Numbered from the stretch's first letter, positions 8,060-18,624 are shown. The stretch is 64,000 nt of DNA from Candidatus Bathyarchaeia archaeon (GCA_050010755.1 JBEKKK010000001.1:1024001-1088000), one strand, 5' to 3'. A program made the numbers and translations. The notes: a model not told the origin generated them from the letters alone.

Positions 8060-10153
8060 ATGCCTATCTCAAAGATTTCCAAGAGGGACGGACGAATCGT
8101 TGATTTTGACTCGAGGAGGATCAGAGATGCGATATACAAGGCCTTCATCGCTGTGGAACTTGAAGATGGCGAGAAAGCTGAAGCCGTCTCGATAGAGGTT
8201 GTGAGCCTCTTAGAACAGAAGTTCGAGGGAAAGGTTCCCTCCGTAGAGGACGCGCAAGATGCCGTTGTGAAGGTTCTAAAGGAAAAAGGCTTCTCGAAAG
8301 TTGCTGAAAGCTACCAAGCCTACCGAGAGAAGAAGCAGGAAATCAGGAAGTTAAGACTAAAGCTGGCAATCGAAGAGCCCAAATTGACGGTGAACGCCCT
8401 TGAAGTCTTGAGACAGAGGTACCTTCTCAGGGACGAAGATGAAAAAATCGTAGAGTCTCCGGCTGAGCTGTTCAAGAGGGTGGCACAGGCTGTGGCGGCT
8501 GCAGAAAGTAACTACGGCGGGAATCCGAACGAAACTGAAAATGAATTCTACGGAATGATGTCGAGGCTTGAGTTCCTGCCAAACACTCCGACTCTCTTCA
8601 ACGCAGGGACACGGCTGGGTCAGCTGTCAGCTTGCTTTGTTCTGCCGGTTGAAGACTCGCTGGAGGGCATCTTCACGTCAGCAAAGAACATGGCATTGAT
8701 AGAGCAGAGCGGAGGAGGCGTCGGTTTTGACTTTTCTAGGCTCAGACCCAAGGGCGACATAGTCAAGTCAACAAAGGGAGTAGCGTCTGGACCCGTGAGT
8801 TTCATGCGAATCTTCGACACAGGAACGGAAATCATAAAGGCCGGCGGAAAACGCAGGGGCGCGATGATGGCAGTGCTGAGAGTCGACCACCCGGACATTA
8901 TCGAATTCATAGCATCCAAACAGCAGCCCGGGTTCTTGTCAAACTTTAACATTTCAGTCGCTGTCACCGATGACTTCATGAAGGCTGTCGAGGAAAACGG
9001 CGATTACTGGCTCGTCAACCCACGTAACAAGGAGAAGACGAAGAAGCTCAGGGCAAAAGAGGTTTGGGACTTGATGGCGAAATCGGCCTGGATGAGCGGC
9101 GACCCGGGAGTCATATTCATCGACGAAGTCAACCGGCAAAACCCTACTCCACAAGTTGGAAGAATAGAGTCCACGAACCCTTGCGGCGAGCAGCCGCTGC
9201 TTCCCTACGAGTCCTGCAACTTGGGTTCCGTCAACTTGTCCCACATGATCGTGGAAGGAAAGATAGACTGGGAGAAGCTCAGGGATACTGTTAGGAAAGC
9301 GGTGGTTTTTCTTGACAACGTGATTGACGCGAACCGCTACCCGTTGAAGGAAATCGAGAATATTACACATGCAAATAGAAAGATAGGTCTGGGCGTGATG
9401 GGTTTCGCGGACATGCTTGTCAAGCTTGGGATTCCTTACGATTCCGAACAGGCCTTGAAGATGGGCGACGATATCATGAAGTTCATCGAGGAAGAGGGGC
9501 ACAAACGGTCCGAGGAGCTGGGCCAACAGAGAGGATCTTTCAGAAACTTCGAGGGCAGCATCTGGCGAGACAAGCATTCAGCACTCAGAAACTCCACAGT
9601 CACAACCATCGCCCCCACAGGAACCATAAGCATAATAGCAGGATGCTCCTCAGGCATCGAACCGATTTTCGCAATCTCATTCATAAGAAACGTGCTGAAC
9701 GGGACAAGACTGTTTGAAACCAATCCCCTGTTCGAGACGATGGCCAAAGAAAAAGGTTTCTACAGCGCAAAATTGCTCGAAGAGATAGCACAGACAGGCT
9801 CAGTTCAAAAGATTGCGGGAGTGCCCGAGGACGTGAAGAGGCTCTTTCGCACGGCACTAGACATACTGCCTGAATGGCACGTAAGAATGCAGGCCGCGTT
9901 TCAGAAATACACCGACAACGCCGTGTCGAAGACAGTTAACCTGCCCTCAGAAGCAACGGTTGAAGACGTTAGGAAAATCTACGAGTTGGCTTGGAAGCTG
10001 AAATGCAAGGGAGTTACCGTCTTCAGGTACGGCAGCAAGCCCGAACAAGTACTCTACATCGGAGAGATAAAGACGGACAAGGGCAAGTTTCTGTCTTTGG
10101 AGCCGGAATATTCAGGAGGATGTCCGACTAAGAACTGCCCATTCCCAAGCTGA
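8060..10153 (+). CDS. nrdJ: Class II (adenosylcobalamin-dependent) ribonucleotide reductase with ATP-cone
   Basis: ISKRDGR ATP-cone, PNTPTLFNAG, SACF, TNPCGEQ, CNLGS, IAPTGT, VSKTVN. Confidence 0.93.
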   Translation: MPISKISKRDGRIVDFDSRRIRDAIYKAFIAVELEDGEKAEAVSIEVVSLLEQKFEGKVPSVEDAQDAVVKVLKEKGFSKVAESYQAYREKKQEIRKLRLKLAIEEPKLTVNALEVLRQRYLLRDEDEKIVESPAELFKRVAQAVAAAESNYGGNPNETENEFYGMMSRLEFLPNTPTLFNAGTRLGQLSACFVLPVEDSLEGIFTSAKNMALIEQSGGGVGFDFSRLRPKGDIVKSTKGVASGPVSFMRIFDTGTEIIKAGGKRRGAMMAVLRVDHPDIIEFIASKQQPGFLSNFNISVAVTDDFMKAVEENGDYWLVNPRNKEKTKKLRAKEVWDLMAKSAWMSGDPGVIFIDEVNRQNPTPQVGRIESTNPCGEQPLLPYESCNLGSVNLSHMIVEGKIDWEKLRDTVRKAVVFLDNVIDANRYPLKEIENITHANRKIGLGVMGFADMLVKLGIPYDSEQALKMGDDIMKFIEEEGHKRSEELGQQRGSFRNFEGSIWRDKHSALRNSTVTTIAPTGTISIIAGCSSGIEPIFAISFIRNVLNGTRLFETNPLFETMAKEKGFYSAKLLEEIAQTGSVQKIAGVPEDVKRLFRTALDILPEWHVRMQAAFQKYTDNAVSKTVNLPSEATVEDVRKIYELAWKLKCKGVTVFRYGSKPEQVLYIGEIKTDKGKFLSLEPEYSGGCPTKNCPFPS

Positions 10154-10213
10154 CCCTCCAGCCTGAAGTCGCATGCTAAATCAGCATGAACGATCCAACG
10201 TTTGGGTGAAAGG

Positions 10214-10468
10214 ATGGTCAGGAAGACCAGACGCACGCACATCGGCGAAAACCAAAGGAAGATTTTGGACATATTGACTAAATATCAAGAGTTAACAGCG
10301 AAGGACATAGCAGAGATTCTGTGGGCGAGAGACATAAACTACAAGACGCCAGAGTACACTTCAACTCATCGCAGCCTTGCAGCCCTCTGCGAAAAAGGTC
10401 TCGTCGAGAAAGTCGGAGGCCAACTGAAGTGGCGGAAAGCTAAACATGAGTCAAGAAAGCCGGGCTAA
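10214..10468 (+). CDS. Small winged-helix DNA-binding protein
   Basis: ILDIL..LTAKDIAE...L.EKGLVEK pattern. Confidence 0.65.
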   Translation: MVRKTRRTHIGENQRKILDILTKYQELTAKDIAEILWARDINYKTPEYTSTHRSLAALCEKGLVEKVGGQLKWRKAKHESRKPG

Positions 10469-10759
10469 GCCAAAGCCGCAATTTCTCACCTACGGCAGCG
10501 TACGACGTGCAGACTTCTCCAATTGTGCACAATGCTCAAAGGTACTGATTTATCAGAACCCATTCAACGAAAAACGTAGTGAATCAATCAGGCAAATTAT
10601 CAAGATATTATCCTCCAACTATTGCGGCGTAATTGTTTGGGCTGGTAAAGTTGACCTCTGGGAAGTGTCAATTTTTGTAAATGAAATTGGGGGTCGTATG
10701 GTGTTATGATAAGAAGGGCGATCACGTGCAAAGAAAGGCTTTCTTGTTTCTCATTTTAG

Positions 10760-11659
10760 TCACGGTCTATAATTTTCGAATGCGAATTCAACTTCTACGT
10801 CGCCACCGAAGTCCACATGGGCCCTCAAAACCTGGCCCTGCTGTGTCTTCACAGGCACAACTGTTAATGGAAAATGCACGTAAAAAGTGTACCCTGTTTC
10901 GTTATTAAACGTGCAATAGTGGTAGGGGCTCGGACGTGGCAGGTTCTTCACAGCGCCCGTTAAGAACCACCCATACCCCAACTGTGTTTCATACCCACTG
11001 AAAGTAGTGTTATCAGCAAAAAGAGCGTATCCTTGATCGCCCAGGTGAAAACCGTCGAATTCCTCGTCGAAGATTATCCCCAAGTCAATACTTGGATAGA
11101 AGGTTGTGTCGTTTATTTCTGCTGTTATTAGCAGTGAATCGTTAGTGAAGGCGAATTGAAGCTTCATGTTGAGGGTTCCATTTACCAAGACCTGGGCATT
11201 TTTGCTCCAATTGAATGAGTAGTCATACGTGGGCTCTGTGGCGGAGACTCTGCTGAGCGTTAATGTGAGTTCGAGCTGTGCTGGCGGCGCGTCTGACGCT
11301 ACGTTGATGCTGGCAGTGAGGTTGTTGAGGCCTGGGAGGACGGTGTATGTTGTATTGGAGAAGGTAACGTACGAATTTTGGTAGACGGTATCGTTCAGCG
11401 TAAAAGTGAGGGCGACAAGATAGTTCACGGTGGCGGCGTCGTTCACCGTGATGTTGAAAGCCTGCGTCATGTTTGGATAAAGCTCAAGAAGATTAGGAGA
11501 AGCGACGACGCTCAGAGGCTCCCCAACATTCACGGCTACATTGAAGGTGCCAAAAATATAAGCAGCAACACCTCCGACAACCAAACAAACTGACAGAGTT
11601 ACTAAGGCCCATATGGGAACGCCTCTCACTTTCCTGAAAAAATCTACCACGAACCCCAT
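10760..11659 (-). CDS. Membrane-anchored/secreted beta-rich surface protein
   Basis: N-terminal hydrophobic helix, many N-x-S/T sequons, Thr/Asn-rich. Confidence 0.7.
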   Translation of the reverse strand: MGFVVDFFRKVRGVPIWALVTLSVCLVVGGVAAYIFGTFNVAVNVGEPLSVVASPNLLELYPNMTQAFNITVNDAATVNYLVALTFTLNDTVYQNSYVTFSNTTYTVLPGLNNLTASINVASDAPPAQLELTLTLSRVSATEPTYDYSFNWSKNAQVLVNGTLNMKLQFAFTNDSLLITAEINDTTFYPSIDLGIIFDEEFDGFHLGDQGYALFADNTTFSGYETQLGYGWFLTGAVKNLPRPSPYHYCTFNNETGYTFYVHFPLTVVPVKTQQGQVLRAHVDFGGDVEVEFAFENYRP

Positions 11660-12027
11660 CCCCAAGAATATTATTCTATCATCAAACATATAGGGTTGTT
11701 GCAAGTTCGAAAAGCCAAAGAAATTGGAAGTCAAAACCATCCTGATCCGAGGGCGCTAAGCGTTTAGTTATTGAAGAAACGTTAGAGTTACTTGTTGATG
11801 TGTCGCCTCATTGCTTGAAGCATGTTGAAGCTTGGCCAAGATTAAGGCAGAAGTTCGTTTCTGCCGTCTTTTGGAGTTTGGGACGTAACTAAAAGGCCAA
11901 GGGAAAGGGCGAACGTTTTGCCTCAGATCTCGAGTCAAGCAAATGCAGCACAAACTCCTGACGAAGTCGATTTCATAAATTGACTTCTCAGGACAGTTGC
12001 GGCAACGTTCAATGACGTGTACGGTCG

Positions 12028-12444
12028 CTACTGTCTTTCTATCCTTAGCGTGTAGGTGATTTTGACTCCGGCCTTTTCAAAGAGCTTGCCAACAGGGCAA
12101 CCTTTCACTGTTAACTCGTGCAGTCTGTGCACCCTGTCTTCTGCCAAATCCGTCTTTGTCGTAATATCGAATTTTGTCTCTGTAACAGTTCCTGCTTGTT
12201 CAGACTTGACCGCTTCCACCTTTATCTCCAAGTCCTTTATGGTCGCTCGCATCTTGCTTGCCGTCAACATGAATATCGTTGCGTAGCATCCAGCGAAGCT
12301 CATTAATGCAAGCTCGAGCGCTGAGGGACCCATGTTGGTTCCGCCGCTCTCCTCTTCAAGATCAAGGCAAACAGCATGACCTCTGTCGTCGTCAACATCT
12401 ATCCTATAGTTCTTGACCAGCTTTGCGTTTGCATAAAACTTCAT
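12028..12444 (-). CDS. OsmC family protein
   Basis: GG.NMGPS.LEL...AGC and GCPV. Confidence 0.88.
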   Translation of the reverse strand: MKFYANAKLVKNYRIDVDDDRGHAVCLDLEEESGGTNMGPSALELALMSFAGCYATIFMLTASKMRATIKDLEIKVEAVKSEQAGTVTETKFDITTKTDLAEDRVHRLHELTVKGCPVGKLFEKAGVKITYTLRIERQ

Positions 12445-12674
12445 TGAAATCTGTCACCTCCTACCCAAGTTGCTTACTGAAGAACTGGTTCTGTGAATTT
12501 CAACTTTTTGCATAAGAATCGTGTTGGGCAACACCATCCTCATTCCTTCTTTCCTTTTTCATCTCTTTTGGAGAAAAGACTCTTATTTTGGTAGTGTTTT
12601 CATCTTTTGCGTACCAGCAAGTGCGAAAAAACGCGTCGAGAGTGCTGAAAAGAATTCGAGATTGGTGGAATGTG

Positions 12675-13319
12675 ATGAGTTTGATACCTGAAGATCAGAG
12701 GGAACGGGTCCGAAGCGAGCTTGCAGAGAGGTTAACGAGTCCTGTTCGAGTTATCATGTTCACACAGGCGATGGAATGCAAGTTCTGCGCGGACACAAAA
12801 CAACTGATTTATGAACTGGCAGAATTGAACGATAAGATTCAGGCTGAAATCCACGACTTTGTTGCTGACACTGAATTAGCCCGAGAATACGGCGTTGATA
12901 AGATCCCAGCAATAGTCGTCAGAAGCGAAAAAGACTATGGCATAAGATTCTACGGGTTCCCGTACGGCTACGAGTTCCAAACATTGATGGAGGCACTGGA
13001 CTCAGCTTCAAGAGGCCAAACCAACCTCTCGGAACAAACAAAACAGAAACTTCGAGAAATCAAGACTCCAACAGTCATCAAAGTCTTCACGACCCTGACC
13101 TGTCCGCACTGTCCCACCGCCGCAGCCATGGCCCACAAATTCGCCATCGAGAACAGCCTTATAAGGGCTGAAGCAATCGACGCCAACGAGTTTCCAGATC
13201 TGGCAATCAAATACGGAGTTATGGGTGTTCCCAAGGTAGTGATAAACGAAAAAGTCGAATTCGTGGGAGCGCTTCCCGAAGATGCATTTCTGGAGCAAGT
13301 ATTGAAGGCCACTCAGTGA
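12675..13319 (+). CDS. Archaeal protein disulfide oxidoreductase (PDO, two thioredoxin folds)
   Basis: CKFC and CPHC motifs; GVDKIPA, GVPK. Confidence 0.92.
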   Translation: MSLIPEDQRERVRSELAERLTSPVRVIMFTQAMECKFCADTKQLIYELAELNDKIQAEIHDFVADTELAREYGVDKIPAIVVRSEKDYGIRFYGFPYGYEFQTLMEALDSASRGQTNLSEQTKQKLREIKTPTVIKVFTTLTCPHCPTAAAMAHKFAIENSLIRAEAIDANEFPDLAIKYGVMGVPKVVINEKVEFVGALPEDAFLEQVLKATQ

Positions 13320-13350
13320 GCAAGATGAACCCTGACTGCATAGTTGACGT

Positions 13351-15510
13351 GTGATGAAAGAACGAGAAGTCGTCCTTCAGATTCTCGGAATGAGTTGTCC
13401 GTCCTGTTCGGAGGGAATTCAGACTGGTCTGGCCAGGCTGGAAGGGGTTATAGACGCTAAAGTGAATTTCGCCTCAAAAGAAGCCATCGTCAAGTTTGAC
13501 GAAGACACGATAAGCCTAGACAAGATCAAGGCTTCGATAAAGAGAGGCGGTTACGAAGCCGCCGAGCAGCTGGAGGACACAACTGAAAAACGCCGCAAAC
13601 AAGTCCGTAACAGCATGCTACTTTTTTTCTTGGGCCTTGCCCTCACAATTCCGATCTTGTTGATTTCTTATCTTTTCTCTTTTTCCGATAAAAACTATGT
13701 CCTGTTAGCCCTCGCGACTCCTGTCCAATTCATAGTGGGTTGGCACTTCTACAGAGGCGCGTACAACTCGATAAGAAACAGGTACGCCGACATGAACGTT
13801 CTAGTGGCTCTAAGCGCCACGGCCGCCTTCGTCTACTCGGTTTACTCGACCTTCACTTCGCAAGGCGCGGTTTTCTACGATGCCTCAGCGGTGGTAATAA
13901 CGACAATAACCTTGGGCATGCTGCTGGAAGAGATGGCAGTGGAACGGACGGGTGCAACAATAAAGAAGCTCATGGCACTGCAGCCCAAGACTGCAACCGT
14001 CGTCCGTGAGGGCCAAGAAAAGGAGGTTTCAGTTGATGAAGTTCAGGTCGGCGACACTGTTGTCGTCAGGCCTGGAGAAAGAGTTCCTGTTGATGGCGCG
14101 GTCGTCGAGGGCCGCACGTTCATAGATGAGTCAATGATCACTGGCGAATCTGTTCCAGTTGAAAAGAGCGTCGGGGATACGGTTTTCAGCGGAACGATAA
14201 ACAAGACTGGCACTTTGAAGTTCACGGCAGAAAAGGTGGGCCTTGAAACTACCTTGGCACAAATAGTGAGGCTGGCTCGAGAAGTTCAGGCGAGCAAAGC
14301 GCCAATCCAGAGAATCGCAGACAGGGTCGTGAACGTATTCGTCCCAGTTGTGGTGGTTGTTGCCGCATCAGTTTTTGTCACATGGCATTTGTTCATGAAT
14401 GACTCTTTGGCTTTGACGACCATGGTCTCTGTCCTCGCAATCTCTTGTCCCTGCGCATTGGGAATAGCGACGCCGGTAGCGATCATGATTGGAGTGGGCA
14501 ACGGCGCAGAAAACGGGATACTCATCAAGAATAGCGCCATCCTGGAAATAGTGGGAAAGCTCGATACTGTAGTTTTTGACAAGACTGGCACGTTGACGAA
14601 AGGCAAGCTGGAAGTCACCGACGTAGTCGGCGAAAACAGAAACTCCGTCTTGCAGGTTGCGGCCGCCGCGGAAAAATGGTCTGAACATCCGATAGGCCAA
14701 GCTATCGTCAGGAAAGCTGAACGTGAAAGAATCAGGTTCGGTGAGCCAGAATCTTTCGAGGCCTTACCCGGCTTCGGCGTGGCCGTCGAGGCCGAGGGCA
14801 AGAAGATCCTGATAGGAAACCGCGCCCTGATGAAGAACAACGGTGTCTCCTTCGAACGCTTCGAAAGCGACATTCAAAGGTTGGAAAGCGAGGGAAAAAC
14901 CGTTCTCAACGTCGCCGTAACCAACGAGCTCGTGGGCTTAGTAGCCGTTTCCGACACTCTCAACGAGCACTCGAAAGAGGCTGTGCAGTCTCTACACGAG
15001 AAGGGTTTGAGAGTTGTCATGCTCAGTGGCGACACCATGAGAACGGCGGAGGCCATAGCAAGACAACTGGGAATAACTGAAGTGCTAGCAGAAGTTGTAC
15101 CGGCCCAGAAGGTCGAGGAAATAAAGAAACTTCAAAGCCAAGGACGCTTCGTCGCCATGGTTGGAGACGGAATAAATGACGCCCCGGCAATAACACAGGC
15201 TAACGTGGGAATAGCGATTGGAAGCGGAACAGACATAGCAATTGAGGCCGGAGACATAGTGCTAATCAAGGACGACCCCCGAGATGTGGCGACCAGCATC
15301 GACCTCAGCAAAAAGACACTACGCAAGATCAAACAGAACCTGTTCTGGGCCTTCTTCTACAACGCGATAATGATCCCATTGGCCGCAGGCCTGCTCTACT
15401 TGCCGCTTGGCATCCTAATTCCGCCCGAGGCAGCGGCGACTTCAATGATACTCAGTGACCTCACAGTCGTTGGAAACTCAATGCTCCTGAGAAGATGGAA
15501 ACCCGAGTGA
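13351..15510 (+). CDS. copA: Cu(I)-translocating P1B-type ATPase
   Basis: GMSCPSC HMA domain, TGES, CPC, DKTGT, SEHP, GDGINDAP, YN. Confidence 0.93.
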   Translation: MMKEREVVLQILGMSCPSCSEGIQTGLARLEGVIDAKVNFASKEAIVKFDEDTISLDKIKASIKRGGYEAAEQLEDTTEKRRKQVRNSMLLFFLGLALTIPILLISYLFSFSDKNYVLLALATPVQFIVGWHFYRGAYNSIRNRYADMNVLVALSATAAFVYSVYSTFTSQGAVFYDASAVVITTITLGMLLEEMAVERTGATIKKLMALQPKTATVVREGQEKEVSVDEVQVGDTVVVRPGERVPVDGAVVEGRTFIDESMITGESVPVEKSVGDTVFSGTINKTGTLKFTAEKVGLETTLAQIVRLAREVQASKAPIQRIADRVVNVFVPVVVVVAASVFVTWHLFMNDSLALTTMVSVLAISCPCALGIATPVAIMIGVGNGAENGILIKNSAILEIVGKLDTVVFDKTGTLTKGKLEVTDVVGENRNSVLQVAAAAEKWSEHPIGQAIVRKAERERIRFGEPESFEALPGFGVAVEAEGKKILIGNRALMKNNGVSFERFESDIQRLESEGKTVLNVAVTNELVGLVAVSDTLNEHSKEAVQSLHEKGLRVVMLSGDTMRTAEAIARQLGITEVLAEVVPAQKVEEIKKLQSQGRFVAMVGDGINDAPAITQANVGIAIGSGTDIAIEAGDIVLIKDDPRDVATSIDLSKKTLRKIKQNLFWAFFYNAIMIPLAAGLLYLPLGILIPPEAAATSMILSDLTVVGNSMLLRRWKPE

Positions 15511-15546
15511 AAGACGTACGGTCGAATGCAACTGTCTCTTTTCGAC

Positions 15547-15732
15547 CTAGGCATGCATAGCGTCGCTGGAAGGCTGCACTTGGCCGCTTGCATATTTGGC
15601 TGGATTCTTGTCAAAAGTCGTCTTGCACATCTGGCTGCAGAAATAGTATGTTTTTCCTCTGTATTCCGTCTTGTGCTTGCCAGTCTTCTCGTTCACTTCC
15701 ATTCCGCAAATCGGATCTTTCGCCAATTTCAA
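15547..15732 (-). CDS. YHS domain protein (likely copper chaperone)
   Basis: DPICGM...YYFCSQMC. Confidence 0.88.
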   Translation of the reverse strand: MKLAKDPICGMEVNEKTGKHKTEYRGKTYYFCSQMCKTTFDKNPAKYASGQVQPSSDAMHA

Positions 15733-15899
15733 CCTCCTCCAGAATCACACTTCAAATTCTTGTTGGTCAAGCAGGTATGTAAACATATCTTGTTAGGACG
15801 GGGTAACACGCACTGATTTGGAGTGGCAAAAGTTCTAAATATCTGCACGTAGACGCAGCTTTAAGGTCGAGGATTGACACGAAGTTCAAGGCGTTTATC

Positions 15900-16112
15900 A
15901 TGATGAATGTGAACCTAGGTTGTGAAACTGAGGTCTTGAAAGCCCTGAAGAAGGTTCAAGGTTTTGACGACGCCTTCTATGTTCTCGGAGATTACGACAT
16001 AATAGCAAACGTGAGCGCGAATACGCTTGATGAGCTCAACCTGATTGTGTCTCATGTTAGGAAAATCGGAAACGTCAGGTCAACAACGACAATGATTACA
16101 CTGGATTTATAG
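15900..16112 (+). CDS. Stand-alone Lrp/AsnC ligand-binding (RAM) domain; true start probably slightly upstream
   Basis: VLGDYDIIA, IGNVRSTTT. Confidence 0.8.
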   Translation: MMNVNLGCETEVLKALKKVQGFDDAFYVLGDYDIIANVSANTLDELNLIVSHVRKIGNVRSTTTMITLDL

Positions 16113-16346
16113 TCTACCCAGCGCGCATTATCTAATGTTTCAAAATTCCTTTGCAAAACATAGTTCAGCACGGACGTGTATTTCGAATTTTGACCATTGG
16201 CCGGAGGAGGGTTCTAGTGTGCGTCAACGGCCCCTCCCCCCGGTCTACGATATGATCCAAATATGAATCCAAACACGACTTGCGACAAGGCTGCTCATCA
16301 AGTTTTTATATGGTTTCTTGTACCGTAGGCTGAGAGGTCCAACTCG

Positions 16347-17609
16347 TTGACTGGTTTCAGCGTTCTGAGAAAGATTCTGAGGAATTGGCGAGAGAGATTC
16401 TATCTCCCAGGCAACGCGTGGGTACTTTCCCTAAGCGCCCTTGTATGGAATATTGGAGGCGCGATGATCAACCCGTACCAGTCTGTCTATTTCTCAGGGT
16501 TGGGAGCAGATTCACTATTCATAGGTCTTCTCTTAGGAGTAAACTCGGCGGTCACAGCTTTGGTCCAATTGGTCGGCGGGTATGTTTGCGATGCTTGGGG
16601 CAGAAGAAAAGTGATTGTCATCTTCAGTTTTTTGAGCGCTGTCACCGCCTTCATCTTCATCTTTGTGTCCGGGCCAGCGCTTCTGATGATTCCCATAGTA
16701 ATCGGGGCGATTTCGGGCATTTATGGTCCCGCTTTCAACGCGACTTTGACCGATTCGATGGAGCCGGAGTTAAGAGCACGGGGTTTGGTTTCCTTCACGC
16801 TCGTCACTTCGCTGCCCTCCATTATCTTTCCGTACGTTGGAGGAACACTGATGCAGATTCTCGGAACCCTCCAAGGACTGCGAGTAGCATTTTTCTTCAG
16901 CGGACTCTTAGGCGTCATCGGAGTATCATACAGAGCTCTCAGACTCAAAGAGACCTTTGTAGGAAGCGCAGCTAAGGAAAAAAAGCCTATTCGGCGTATT
17001 GTTTCGGATTTCTTCGCCGATAATCTGTTTGCTCTACGGAACGCCACGGACGGAGCGAAGAAACTCTTGATCTACGCCGCCTTGGCAAGTGCGGGAACAG
17101 CCATGACCGTGCCCTACACTTCGATATATCTGGTTAACGTAGCAAAACTGCCCCCAGAATTCTATGGTCTTCTAACAAATGTTGCCGGACTAATCAGCGT
17201 CTTGCTCTTGCTGCCTGCGGCGAGAATACTCGAAAGGGTGGGTTTGAGGAAAAGTGCCATTTACGCGTCACTTTCAATTCCTGTGAACCAGCTAGTATTC
17301 GTCAGGGCCAAAGGAGCAGACGACTTTGTAACATGGACCGCAATAGGCGGTGCGAGCGGCGCTCTACTGGGCCCGTCGCTGACGGCGCTTCAAGCGAATT
17401 TTTCGTCGCAGGAGATGCGAGGGAGAATAATGGCCATGTTCAGTGTGTTTTCGCTGATCACTGCCGTCCCAGCGCAGATAGTCGGAGGTTACCTTTTCCA
17501 AACTCTTGGTCCACTTTCTCCATTCATCGCTTCAACACCAATCTTTGCGTTGGCGACGTTGATACTCATTCGAATAAGGGAGCCAGAACCGCGCCCAATC
17601 GAAAAATGA
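16347..17609 (+). CDS. MFS transporter
   Basis: About 12 TM helices, GYVCDAWGRR motif A. Confidence 0.9.
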   Translation: MTGFSVLRKILRNWRERFYLPGNAWVLSLSALVWNIGGAMINPYQSVYFSGLGADSLFIGLLLGVNSAVTALVQLVGGYVCDAWGRRKVIVIFSFLSAVTAFIFIFVSGPALLMIPIVIGAISGIYGPAFNATLTDSMEPELRARGLVSFTLVTSLPSIIFPYVGGTLMQILGTLQGLRVAFFFSGLLGVIGVSYRALRLKETFVGSAAKEKKPIRRIVSDFFADNLFALRNATDGAKKLLIYAALASAGTAMTVPYTSIYLVNVAKLPPEFYGLLTNVAGLISVLLLLPAARILERVGLRKSAIYASLSIPVNQLVFVRAKGADDFVTWTAIGGASGALLGPSLTALQANFSSQEMRGRIMAMFSVFSLITAVPAQIVGGYLFQTLGPLSPFIASTPIFALATLILIRIREPEPRPIEK

Positions 17610-17643
17610 TGAGAAGCACTAGGGGCAAGATTAGCCATGTGCC

Positions 17644-18225
17644 TCAAGATGTCAACCGCTCGATTTGATCGTGCCGGAAGCAGTTGACTAGATGATCGTT
17701 CACCATGCCCACGGCCTGCATGAAGGCATAGCAGATTGTAGGGCCGACGAACTTGAATCCCCTTTTCTTCAGCTCTTTGCTCATCGCTCTCGACTCCTCG
17801 GACTCTGCTGGCATATTTGAGAAATTCTTGAGCGCGTGGTTGATCGTTTTTCTCCGAACAAACTTCCAGATGAGCGCGTCGAATGAACCGAATTCTTTCT
17901 TAACTTCTCTGAATCGTCCTGCATTGTTTATGGTCGCCAGAATCTTCGCCCTGTTCCGAATCACGCCTGGATCTTTCATCAGACGCTCCACGTCTTCATC
18001 CGTGTATCGGGCTATCTTGTCCGGGTTGAAATTGTCGAAGGCTTTTCTCAGAGTAGTTCTTCTCTTCAGTATGAGTTCCCACGTTAACCCTGCTTGGAAT
18101 CCTTCAAGCGTCAAAAACTCGAACAGTGTCCTATTATCATGAACCGGAGTTCCCCACTCCTCATCATGGTACCTAACGTAAAGCGGGTTATCCGTGTCCC
18201 AGCATCTAATCACCCTTTTTTCCAT
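17644..18225 (-). CDS. tag: DNA-3-methyladenine glycosylase I
   Basis: RCW...YHDEEWG, LEGFQAGLTW, FKFVGPT, NDHLVNCF. Confidence 0.95.
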   Translation of the reverse strand: MEKRVIRCWDTDNPLYVRYHDEEWGTPVHDNRTLFEFLTLEGFQAGLTWELILKRRTTLRKAFDNFNPDKIARYTDEDVERLMKDPGVIRNRAKILATINNAGRFREVKKEFGSFDALIWKFVRRKTINHALKNFSNMPAESEESRAMSKELKKRGFKFVGPTICYAFMQAVGMVNDHLVNCFRHDQIERLTS

Positions 18226-18291
18226 GGTCAACAACCCCTAGGCTCGAAATTTAAATCAGCGCATTCTTTTATTCCAAATCTGAGCCGTTTC

Positions 18292-18624
18292 TCACAGCCA
18301 TCCATGCTGGATAGTTGCGGGTGCTGGAGAATGCTTCTTCTTTTTTTCATCCTTCTTCCCTTTAAACTTGTGGATTTTAACGGAGCTCCCTTCAAGCGAA
18401 ACCCAATACCTGTTGTTTAGATGCTGATGGTAAATGAACTTGTTCACCAGCCCCTTCAATTCTTCTGCGGAGATTTTCTCAGAATCCACCAAAAAATTAT
18501 GATCATCAGAAGCAATCTCTCCATTGAGGCTCCTGCGCAGAAAATTCGAAAGCGGGTCCTTCCCGCCCTCCAACTCGCCAAAATCCACTTTCAACTTCTT
18601 CCGACCAGAGAACAAGCAGCTCAC
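18292..18624 (-). CDS. Divergent eL22 (L22e)-like basic protein; start may be TTG 18594
   Basis: Pattern VD...L.NFL...V.SE..S...LK.L..KF....L....V resembles eL22; Lys-rich tail. Confidence 0.5.
   Translation of the reverse strand: MSCLFSGRKKLKVDFGELEGGKDPLSNFLRRSLNGEIASDDHNFLVDSEKISAEELKGLVNKFIYHQHLNNRYWVSLEGSSVKIHKFKGKKDEKKKKHSPAPATIQHGWL

Noticed and set aside
10446-10709. 87-aa ORF after the wHTH gene
   Set aside because: No recognisable motif, overlaps the upstream gene, atypical composition; cannot be supported.
16201-16244. GC-rich hairpin as tRNA or known ncRNA
   Set aside because: No cloverleaf or T-loop consensus; a single imperfect stem.
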